A stretch of DNA of 64,000 nucleotides from a virus: positions 4,533 to 68,532 of IMG/VR virus record IMGVR_UViG_3300028559_000034; one strand, given 5' to 3'. Within the stretch, counting starts at the first letter, position 1. Each line of letters starts with the position of its first letter. Positions 30,375-38,519 of this stretch are shown piece by piece. The position numbers and the translations under genes are program-made. The notes under the pieces were generated by a model. That model was not told where the DNA came from and searched no databases. It worked only from the letters and a program-made list of their open reading frames with translations.

Positions 30375-31571
30375 ATGAAAAGAATTTTAGAATATTTTGA
30401 TTTTATATCAGAAAGACTTTTACTAGAGAATTTAATACTAGAATCAAATGTAGTGTATTCTCCAAAATTTAAGAAAATTTTATCAAAAATGAAAGAGAGT
30501 AATATCTCACAATCTCTTTTAGAAATTGAAGAAAAAGATTTAGAAATACCTGTAAATTTCTTTGATATTAAAATAGATAATGATAATGTCATATCATTTA
30601 CAAATGATAGAGTAGCTCAAGCAATTCTTAATAATGATAAAGAATTGGTTAAATGGACAGGAAATCGTGGAGCATGGCTAACAAATTCTAATGCTAATGC
30701 TAATATTTTTAAAATACTTGGATATAATCCAGTAATAGGATCTCCAGTATATCAACCAAGTAGAACAGAAATTGGAGAGGTTATCAATAGATACTTATCT
30801 GCTAAAACTAATAAGAATTGGTGTTATGTAAAATTTGAAGGAGGAGAAGGTGTTTATAATTCTGAAAGATTAACAGATGCAAAAGAAGATTTAAGAAAAA
30901 AAGTTTTCAATACAAGTCGTCAAGAAATAAGAATAGGAAGAGCTATAAGAGTTTTATTAAATGCTAAAGGTTTAAAATTTACAGATGCTGAAATAGAAGG
31001 ATTCGTAAATGAATTTAGAAGTATATTATCAGTTATGAATAATGTATTCTCAAGATTTGAATTAGTAGATGGTGAAGATCTTTTATTTTGGTATAATAAA
31101 AAAAATTATGAATTTCCAGATATGGGTAATTTAGGAACATCTTGTCAAGCAGTCGGTAGAAGAGATTGGCTGGAAATTTATATTGATAATCCGGATACAG
31201 TCAAATTACTTATTTTAAAATCATTTGATAATCCAGATAAAATAATTGGTAGATCACTTATTTGGAACTTAGAAAATGGTGATAAACTAATGGATTCTAT
31301 TTATGTTAGTAAAGATTCAGATAGAAATGTTTTTAAAGAACTAGCTAAAAGTAGAGGATATATAATAAGAGAAGATAATTATTATGAAACATATGTGGCT
31401 TACACAAAAATAAAACCCAATGGATATGATTCATATCCTTCTATAGATAATATGAGATATTGGGATAAATCAACTGGAAAATTAAGCACAAATAGTTTCC
31501 CAGGATCTAGTGTGATAATTTGGAGTGAAGAAAATGAAGATATGGATGATGAAGATTATGATGAAGATTAA
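30375..31571 (+). CDS. SCM-family paralog with leader MKRILEYFDFISE
   Basis: GNLGTSCQA...IYIDNPD.VKLL...GRSLIW...MDSIY...YPSIDN. Confidence 0.75.
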   Translation: MKRILEYFDFISERLLLENLILESNVVYSPKFKKILSKMKESNISQSLLEIEEKDLEIPVNFFDIKIDNDNVISFTNDRVAQAILNNDKELVKWTGNRGAWLTNSNANANIFKILGYNPVIGSPVYQPSRTEIGEVINRYLSAKTNKNWCYVKFEGGEGVYNSERLTDAKEDLRKKVFNTSRQEIRIGRAIRVLLNAKGLKFTDAEIEGFVNEFRSILSVMNNVFSRFELVDGEDLLFWYNKKNYEFPDMGNLGTSCQAVGRRDWLEIYIDNPDTVKLLILKSFDNPDKIIGRSLIWNLENGDKLMDSIYVSKDSDRNVFKELAKSRGYIIREDNYYETYVAYTKIKPNGYDSYPSIDNMRYWDKSTGKLSTNSFPGSSVIIWSEENEDMDDEDYDED

Positions 31572-31612
31572 TAAAATATATTTTAATATATAGAATAAAT
31601 AAAACCTAATAT

Positions 31613-32071
31613 ATGCACAAAGATAATACACCAATATTTAATGTAGGAGACAGAAAAGTAGTTAATTTTAAAGATTTTTCAAAAGATATAGAATCTGAAA
31701 AAAATGCATTATTAAAAATTAAAAGACAGAGTAAACCAAATTCTGAAAGACAAAAATTAATTGGCAATCCTAAAAATAAATATAATAAGGTAACTCATAA
31801 AATGGACTGGAATCTTAGTCCAGATATGATTAAAGATAAAATTGATGCTATTGAAGAACTAGATGAATCAAAAATTAATGAATCTAGTATGGATGATAAT
31901 GTATATAATGATCTTAAGCAATCTTCTCAATATAGAAAATTAGTTGATGATTTCAGAAATGCTATAAGAAAATTTGAAAGTAATATCTCAAATATATATG
32001 ATGAAGGAGATACAGATCAAAATATGGCATTTCAATCTGTTATTCAAGATGCTATAGATGAAGCTCAATAA
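31613..32071 (+). CDS. Hypothetical protein
   Basis: 152 aa; TAATATATA at 31584-31592; internal KINES site. Confidence 0.7.
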   Translation: MHKDNTPIFNVGDRKVVNFKDFSKDIESEKNALLKIKRQSKPNSERQKLIGNPKNKYNKVTHKMDWNLSPDMIKDKIDAIEELDESKINESSMDDNVYNDLKQSSQYRKLVDDFRNAIRKFESNISNIYDEGDTDQNMAFQSVIQDAIDEAQ

Positions 32072-32803
32072 TCATTCTAATAAATTATCAATTCTTTTGT
32101 TTCTTAAAAAAGGTTTATATATGGAATAACTAATTGAATTTACATTATCAATAATATAAGTTAATTTTGGATTTATAATATTATAATATAATATGAATCC
32201 AACTTTGAGTACTGGAGAAAATGTAGATTCTTGTGTAATATTTATTTTTATATCAGATATATCATACTGAACATCATCATAAGATAATAAAAAATCAGCA
32301 TCCCACCTCATAAATGAATCAATATAAACATCAACATTACCAAATAGATTTCCATATTTTGTAAAAGTATTAAATTGGTTTAATGACAATACAAGTGGTT
32401 CAGTATTATAAACTGGTGAATCCATAATATAATCTGAACATATTCTAGCATTTGTAATAATATTAGGTAAATTAATATTTTTAATTTCAGTAATAATTTT
32501 TCTAGAATTATCAATTATTGACATATAATTACTATTTGAATGATTTAAAATATCAATAAAGTTAATATCTCCTTTAGACTTTATATCAGATAAAATAACT
32601 TTTAAAGTATATTGCTTAATCTCATTAGTAATTTTTTCTCTTAATAAGTTATAATACACTTCTTCTGTATCCATCACAGATGGTGATAGAGTAACTGATA
32701 AAGTATATTTTTGATAATTTGTAATATTAGATTTTACTCGATTAAAAGGTAGATCGATATCTATTTTTTTAAAAGCATTTTTAAAAAATTCTTCTATATC
32801 CAT
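32072..32803 (-). CDS. Truncated, divergent major capsid protein paralog
   Basis: Aligns by eye to the C-terminal half of the 574-aa MCP: IITN/AVTN, YGNLFGNVDVYIDSFMRWD/VGQIGDISIYVDPYMKYN, ITQESTFSP/VISEATFAP. Confidence 0.65.
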   Translation of the reverse strand: MDIEEFFKNAFKKIDIDLPFNRVKSNITNYQKYTLSVTLSPSVMDTEEVYYNLLREKITNEIKQYTLKVILSDIKSKGDINFIDILNHSNSNYMSIIDNSRKIITEIKNINLPNIITNARICSDYIMDSPVYNTEPLVLSLNQFNTFTKYGNLFGNVDVYIDSFMRWDADFLLSYDDVQYDISDIKINITQESTFSPVLKVGFILYYNIINPKLTYIIDNVNSISYSIYKPFLRNKRIDNLLE

Positions 32804-33750
32804 TAAAATTTAATTCCATTTTCGTCATAATTCATGATAAGTAGTTCGATACCCTTAGATTGTTGTTTTTTAACATCAGCATTATTACCACCTTGAGCAG
32901 AACTTCTGAATACTTCTTTTTCAGTCCACCTATATTTATCTCTTGGTAATAATTCTTCCAGTAATGGAAAATAATAATATGATAATGACCATCTACATTT
33001 TGTAGTTTTAATTAATTCTAATAATCGTCTGTGTGATGCTGGACCAAATACACCCTCAGAATCTGATCCATACCAAAATAATCTCTTAGCATCATCTTCA
33101 CCCTTAGCCTCATTAAATCTGGCATATGGTGGATCTAAATAAAGATAAGTATCTTCTGAATCATATTTCAATATTAATTCCTCAAAATCTGTGCTATAAA
33201 ATTCTGTAATTGAACGTAATTTATTTGTATAAGTATTATTTTTTAACTTCTTAATGAGGACTTCTAATTTTAGACGATCTTTATCTTTTTTATAACCGTT
33301 AAATCCTGCCCCACGAGGGTAAACAGAATTGTGAGCCGATGTAATTAAAAAAGCATAAATGGCTGCCTTTTCAAAATCTCCTATCTCAAAATTCATATCA
33401 TCAAGAAAATTATTTTTAGTATATTCCTTATAGACTGATTTATAAAAATCCCATTTATTTAATACATTTTTTTCACTAGTATAAAGAATATTAAATGGTT
33501 TAGATATATTTTCTAAATAAGTAACAAATTTTTCAGGATCTGAGCAACATTTATATAAGTTAACCTGGTGTTTATTTTTATCATTATAGATAACTTGTTC
33601 AAATTTAAGAGAATTATCATCCATATAAGTTCCCATAGCTCCAGAGAAGGGTTCTATATATGTTTTTATTCCTGTTTTAGGAATTTTTTTATTAATAAAT
33701 TCCATAAAAACATTTGAGGACTTACCTCCAAAATAAGCTATGACTGACAT
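32803..33750 (-). CDS. DNA adenine methyltransferase (Dam/D12-like)
   Basis: YFGGKS, YIEPFSG, YND.N, YLDPPY, ELLIMNY. Confidence 0.9.
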   Translation of the reverse strand: MSVIAYFGGKSSNVFMEFINKKIPKTGIKTYIEPFSGAMGTYMDDNSLKFEQVIYNDKNKHQVNLYKCCSDPEKFVTYLENISKPFNILYTSEKNVLNKWDFYKSVYKEYTKNNFLDDMNFEIGDFEKAAIYAFLITSAHNSVYPRGAGFNGYKKDKDRLKLEVLIKKLKNNTYTNKLRSITEFYSTDFEELILKYDSEDTYLYLDPPYARFNEAKGEDDAKRLFWYGSDSEGVFGPASHRRLLELIKTTKCRWSLSYYYFPLLEELLPRDKYRWTEKEVFRSSAQGGNNADVKKQQSKGIELLIMNYDENGIKF

Positions 33751-33848
33751 TTCTTTCTATATTTATTTTTTAATACTTATTATAAATAAAAAAAAATAAA
33801 AAGTTTTTGGAAATCACTGGGTAGATGTCTTAACATAATATATAAAAT

Positions 33849-34487
33849 ATGATAATATATAAAGTAACAAATAATATAAATGGTAAAATCTATATCGGAC
33901 AAACTATAAATAGTCTTGATAAAAGATGGAAAAGACATACATGGAAATGCACTATAAATAAAATATCAATGGCCATAACAAAAGCAATATCAAAATATGG
34001 CAAAGAAAACTTCACGATAGAAGAAATAGATAAAGCGGATAGCATAAAAGAACTAAATGAGAAAGAGATCCATTATATAAAATTATATAATTCATTATCA
34101 CCAAATGGATATAATTTAACAACAGGTGGTGATAATAAAAGATTATCAGATGAAACAAAAAATAAAATATCAAACTCAAACAAAGGAAAAAAAGCTTCAG
34201 AGGAAACAAGGAAAAGGTTATCAGACTCACACAAAGGTATTAAAATGTCAGAAATGACTAAGATAAAGTTGAGGTTGATAAATAAAGGAAAAAAACCATC
34301 AGAAAATACAATAAAAGGATCTATTCAACACAATCAAAAGACATACACATTAAAGAGTCCAAGTGGTGAGATAGTTACCTTTACCAACATGAAAGAATTT
34401 TGCAAAGAAAATAACCTATGTAATTCAAAATTATGTCTGGTTGCATCTGGTAAAAGAAAAAATCACAAAGGATGGACACTTCCCTAA
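33849..34487 (+). CDS. GIY-YIG homing endonuclease with NUMOD3-like repeats
   Basis: IIYKVTN.INGKIYIGQT...R...E...GYN; S(D/E)ET(K/R)xK/R repeats. Confidence 0.9.
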   Translation: MIIYKVTNNINGKIYIGQTINSLDKRWKRHTWKCTINKISMAITKAISKYGKENFTIEEIDKADSIKELNEKEIHYIKLYNSLSPNGYNLTTGGDNKRLSDETKNKISNSNKGKKASEETRKRLSDSHKGIKMSEMTKIKLRLINKGKKPSENTIKGSIQHNQKTYTLKSPSGEIVTFTNMKEFCKENNLCNSKLCLVASGKRKNHKGWTLP

Positions 34488-34996
34488 TCTTTTGATAACA
34501 AAAAGTTTTCCAACGAAGGTCTCTGATTTGATTTTGATTCTTCTCTAACCCTCATCAGTATTTTACCTAAATTATTTTTACCCCTACCATCACATGGTCC
34601 ACAAGTACAAACTCCAAAAAAGTTATCATGCCACCAGTTACCCTCAATTAATTCTTGATCACCAGTAGATAACAACATTTCTTTTAATTCAGTATGTTTA
34701 AATTTCTCACGAACTCCAAATAACATAACATCTAATTTAACATTATCCCAGTCTTTTCTAACTTTAATTATTCTACCAAATTGCTTAACTTTACCAGCTT
34801 GTTCAGCTGGCATTTTAGCAATAAGTTCTCTACAATCCATCATAGAAATATACTTACCATCAATTTGTTGATCGTTTTTAACTTTCATAGCTACGTAGTA
34901 GTGTTCTACAGTTGGGTAAGTAATGCCCTGGTGTTCTATTTTAGCGGGATAAAAGTTAGAAAGAAAACGATATCTCCCAGAAAATGATTCTATCAT
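34484..34996 (-). CDS. NADAR-family (YbiA-like) protein
   Basis: FLSNFY, YPTVEHYY..MK, KF...L...LLSTG...LIEGN.WHD.FFG, G.NNLGKILM.VRE. Confidence 0.92.
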   Translation of the reverse strand: MIESFSGRYRFLSNFYPAKIEHQGITYPTVEHYYVAMKVKNDQQIDGKYISMMDCRELIAKMPAEQAGKVKQFGRIIKVRKDWDNVKLDVMLFGVREKFKHTELKEMLLSTGDQELIEGNWWHDNFFGVCTCGPCDGRGKNNLGKILMRVREESKSNQRPSLENFLLSKD

Positions 34997-35047
34997 GATT
35001 ATTATATTAGATATAAATAAATATGTTTTTAATTAATATATAAGATT

Positions 35048-35401
35048 ATGAAATATATAAAAAAATTTGAAAATAAAGAAATTAGTGATGAATTTGAAGA
35101 AATAAGATCAATTTTAAGAGATTTAAAGGATGAATACACCTATATGGAAGGTCAAATATTTCTACCTGAAAAAGAAACAGACCAAATTGAAATTCACTTA
35201 GAATGTGAAAATATTTTTAGCGAAGATGTGAAAAAAGGAAAGGGAAATTTGAAGTACCAAAAATCTAAAATGGAATTTATTGATCTGATTATAAAAACCA
35301 TAGAAAGATTAGAATTGGCATTGGATAAGAAAACATTCGTTCAAAACTTATGGAATTGGGACCACTGGCAAGATACTAAAATAAAAATATTTATTTATTA
35401 A
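35048..35401 (+). CDS. Hypothetical protein with leader MKYIKKFENKE
   Basis: 117 aa; TAATATATA at 35034-35042. Confidence 0.75.
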   Translation: MKYIKKFENKEISDEFEEIRSILRDLKDEYTYMEGQIFLPEKETDQIEIHLECENIFSEDVKKGKGNLKYQKSKMEFIDLIIKTIERLELALDKKTFVQNLWNWDHWQDTKIKIFIY

Positions 35402-35405
35402 AACA

Positions 35406-35433
35406 GAAACACCAACCTTTTGGTTGGTGTTTC
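35406..35433. terminator. Terminator hairpin between the tmRNA and a convergent gene
   Basis: gaaacaccaacc-tttt-ggttggtgtttc, perfect 12-bp stem. Confidence 0.8.
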
Positions 35434-35439
35434 GTTTAG

Positions 35440-35799
35440 TGGAGGCGCCGACGATGAAATCGGGTCTTCCTCAGTTAAAAACAATTAATCATTCACAAGC
35501 TTAGAAAGTTTTTCTTTAACTTACAAAATAGAAAGTTGTTTCGACTCAAAAACACTCTAACAAAAAACTATCATTATTTACTGTTATGATTCAGTATGAA
35601 TTTTATGAAAGTATCAATTAAGCTACTTCAAGCTCATTCACAACGAGCAAATTGTTTTGTAGAGCAGCTACTAAATCTTCACTGGTTCCTACTTCTGTAA
35701 CGTTTCCGTTTACGATTTTGATAATTTATTTTAATCGGACTTTATCAAACCGATGCTTGCTTAATCACCTTTACTCTGCGAATCAATTCACTCGCCCCC
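35440..35799 (-). ncRNA. ssrA: tmRNA (360 nt)
   Basis: 5' GGGGGCG pairs with 3' CGCCTCC-A with a G3:U wobble (Ala identity); T-arm CCGAT-TTCATC-GTCGG; internal tag frame 35707-35618; CCA not encoded. Confidence 0.88.
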
Positions 35800-35809
35800 A
35801 TTTATTTTA

Positions 35810-35840
35810 CAAATATATATATAATATTTTAAATATCAAA
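35810..35840 (-). promoter_or_regulatory. Bacteroidota-type promoter for tmRNA
   Basis: TTTG (35840-35837), 19-nt spacer, TATATTTG (35817-35810). Confidence 0.75.
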
Positions 35841-35849
35841 AAAGTTTAT

Positions 35850-36266
35850 TTAAAATGGAGCTTTATTTTTATTCTCATCGTAATAAAAAGAAAAAGATAA
35901 AATAGGAATATACTCTTTACTCTCATATAATTCAACTTCCAATTGATATTGTGGTAAAATATCTTTTTTCATCTTATTAATAACAATATCAAAAGTTTTC
36001 ACAATATTTTTGAATTTTTCTTTTCTTTGAAGAAAAACATATACTGATATATCTAAGTCAGATCTTTCTACACTTGTTGTTATTCCATTACCATTTAAAA
36101 AAGTCCTAATTAAATAACAAAGATGATCCTCGACATCACCATCTTCTTCATAATTAACATCTTCTTCTTCATTAGGTAAATCATTATCTTCATAAGTTTC
36201 ATCATCAAGATATTCAAAGTGTTCCTTAATTTTTATATTCTCTATTTTTATGTTTTTTACAATCAT
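35850..36266 (-). CDS. Acidic hypothetical protein
   Basis: 138 aa; start overlaps the stop of the upstream peptidase. Confidence 0.7.
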   Translation of the reverse strand: MIVKNIKIENIKIKEHFEYLDDETYEDNDLPNEEEDVNYEEDGDVEDHLCYLIRTFLNGNGITTSVERSDLDISVYVFLQRKEKFKNIVKTFDIVINKMKKDILPQYQLEVELYESKEYIPILSFSFYYDENKNKAPF

Positions 36267-37624
36267 TATTTTAATTCTATTTTTATAAATTGATCTTCAA
36301 AATAAACATCAGGATCTATTTTATATTTATCTAATAGTAAATTCATCATTTGTAAGTCCTCATAAACAGTTAAAACATCCGGATCATCCACCTCTATTTT
36401 TATATAAGCAGTTCCATACTCACTAACCATTTTAGTCTCTAAAGTAAATGCTGCTGCTTTAAAATCTGATATAAATTTACCATATTTTCTAAGAACTTCT
36501 TCGTCAAATCCAACTTTTTTAACCGTTGGTAAGTTTTCCCAATCTACTTTTAAACAAGCCTCTGCTAATCTTATTAAATATGATATATTTTGACGTTCAT
36601 CAACTGTATGTTCAGAAAAATAACCAACAGATATATTTGTACATTCCGGAATCTTATCTATAAAAGAAGCAGAATCAGTATAAACGCCAGTTGGATCTAA
36701 AGATATTTTTAATCCAGATTTATTTAATTCTTTAGCAAGAGCAGTTGCAAATTCGTTAGAACAACATTGTCTACCTAATTGACTTGTAATAACCGAAAAG
36801 TAATTTCTTCTATCAAATGATACACATCTTTTAACATTTTTTAAATGCTCAATATTTTCAAATATATCAGCAACTTTGTTAGATCCAATACCTCCTCTCT
36901 CTTCACCAATAAAGAAATAGTAAATTCCTGGTATATTATATTCCATCATATATAACATGACAGCAACACCAGACTTATCATCAGCTCCCAAAATTGAAGT
37001 ACTATCAGTAACAAATATTTCATCACCATCAACAATAGTACTATATAAAACAACATTACTTTGTTTTCTGTCTGCTGTATCTAAATGAGATGTAAACATT
37101 GTTTCTGATTTTCCAATTATTTTATAATAATTACCAAATTCGTCTTTTTGTAATCCACTAGGTAGAAATTTAACTACTTCTTCCTCATGTCCATGAGGAT
37201 ATGTTTTAGTAGTAAATGATATAAAAGTAGATCTTACATCTTTAGGATTAAAAGTAAATTTTGGTATTTCAACTTTTTTAAATGTAGGTTTATCAATTTT
37301 ATTAACTGGTCTCCTTCCATTTTTTAAATTATTATAACTTTGACCAAAATCAAATATCTGTTTTCTATCAAAGAAGCTAGAACCATCATCACCAGTGAAA
37401 AAATATTTAATATAATTACCAATCTTCATTGATTGAATTTTACCATTAATAGTAACATCAAAATTCCAATCAAACTTAGAAACATCTACTAATTCTATTT
37501 TTAATTCATTTCTTAACGAATAATCTCCTTCCATTCTCATAAGAGCCTCAGCTATAGGACCTCCTATATCATCAATTATATCATATAATTTACCAGTAAA
37601 TCTTATATAAATTGTTTTATTCAT
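36266..37624 (-). CDS. M28/M20-type zinc peptidase with extra N-terminal domain; paralog of 13823-14995
   Basis: SHLDT, LGADDKSG, GEERG, SFDRR, YTDSA, NISVGY..EH. Confidence 0.85.
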   Translation of the reverse strand: MNKTIYIRFTGKLYDIIDDIGGPIAEALMRMEGDYSLRNELKIELVDVSKFDWNFDVTINGKIQSMKIGNYIKYFFTGDDGSSFFDRKQIFDFGQSYNNLKNGRRPVNKIDKPTFKKVEIPKFTFNPKDVRSTFISFTTKTYPHGHEEEVVKFLPSGLQKDEFGNYYKIIGKSETMFTSHLDTADRKQSNVVLYSTIVDGDEIFVTDSTSILGADDKSGVAVMLYMMEYNIPGIYYFFIGEERGGIGSNKVADIFENIEHLKNVKRCVSFDRRNYFSVITSQLGRQCCSNEFATALAKELNKSGLKISLDPTGVYTDSASFIDKIPECTNISVGYFSEHTVDERQNISYLIRLAEACLKVDWENLPTVKKVGFDEEVLRKYGKFISDFKAAAFTLETKMVSEYGTAYIKIEVDDPDVLTVYEDLQMMNLLLDKYKIDPDVYFEDQFIKIELK

Positions 37625-37647
37625 AATTTATTTAGTTTTTATATATA

Positions 37648-38046
37648 TTAATTATCAACTATAACTTCTTGAGAATTTTTATAATCAACAATTACTTGAC
37701 CGGGTTTCATATCCGATGTTTTTTTAACAAACTTAGCTTTACAATAGACTATTTTAGATTTAACACCCTTTGGTACCTTTGAATTCTTAGCCGCTAATTT
37801 AGAAACTTCTTTTATTAATTCTGGCGAAGGCAACTTATCTTTAACTCTTATAATTATATGACTGCCTGGAACACCAGCAGCATGAAACCATAAATCATCT
37901 TCATTAGCCATTTTTGTTGTTAAATAATCATTAGATAAAGCATCTTTTCCTATAATAATAGTAAAATCATCTATAATTAAAGTTTTTAAGTTTGGAAATT
38001 TATCAGATTTAGACTCATAAAAATTACAATATCTTTTTATTTTCAT
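37648..38046 (-). CDS. Stand-alone NFACT RNA-binding (DUF814) domain protein with leader MKIKRYCNFYES
   Basis: IIIGKDA.SND.LT, DLWFHA..VPGSHIII, A..S, VKK.....PGQV. Confidence 0.88.
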   Translation of the reverse strand: MKIKRYCNFYESKSDKFPNLKTLIIDDFTIIIGKDALSNDYLTTKMANEDDLWFHAAGVPGSHIIIRVKDKLPSPELIKEVSKLAAKNSKVPKGVKSKIVYCKAKFVKKTSDMKPGQVIVDYKNSQEVIVDN

Positions 38047-38074
38047 AAAGTATATATTATTTTTTAAAAATATA

Positions 38075-38467
38075 ATTATTGTAAAGAAGAAACCAAATAT
38101 TAAAAAACTAATAGGAAATTCAGAACTAATAAATATTACGGAAGACGAAGAATATGAAATTAAATGTGATTTATGTGAAAAAAATCACAGAATTGAAAGA
38201 AAAGTTCTAGATCAGAGAGTATATCTTGGTTTAGATTGGAGAAGTTGTATAAGCTATTCATTTAATGTCTCAAATGGAGAAATCGATGTTAGAAATTTTA
38301 TTAAAAGTATTTATAATGGGCCAATAATTTATAATGATAGAAAATTAATAGGATCTGAAATTGATATATTTATACCAGAATTTAAAATAGGATTTGAATA
38401 TAATGGACTATATTGGCATTCTGAAATAAATAAAAAGAAGGATTATCATTATTCTAAATATAATTAA
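38075..38467 (+). pseudogene. Truncated PD-(D/E)xK-type homing endonuclease remnant
   Basis: Open frame with no ATG: ...KCDLC...SNGEIDV...EIDIFIPEFKIGFEYNGLYWHSE...DYHYSKYN*; ends abruptly at the terminator. Confidence 0.7.
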
Positions 38468-38502
38468 AACAAAAAACCCTCCATTGGAGGGTTTTTTGTT
38501 TT
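38466..38502. terminator. Terminator downstream of the major capsid gene
   Basis: aaaacaaaaaaccctcc-att-ggagggttttttgtttt. Confidence 0.88.
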
Positions 38503-38519
38503 GGTTCTTATAAACTCTA

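Noticed and set aside
35440-35475. Stand-alone tRNA gene
   Set aside because: The acceptor strand pairs with a 5' end 360 nt away and there is no anticodon arm; it is the tmRNA 3' end.
35652-35900. 82-aa + strand ORF
   Set aside because: Antisense to the tmRNA and its promoter.
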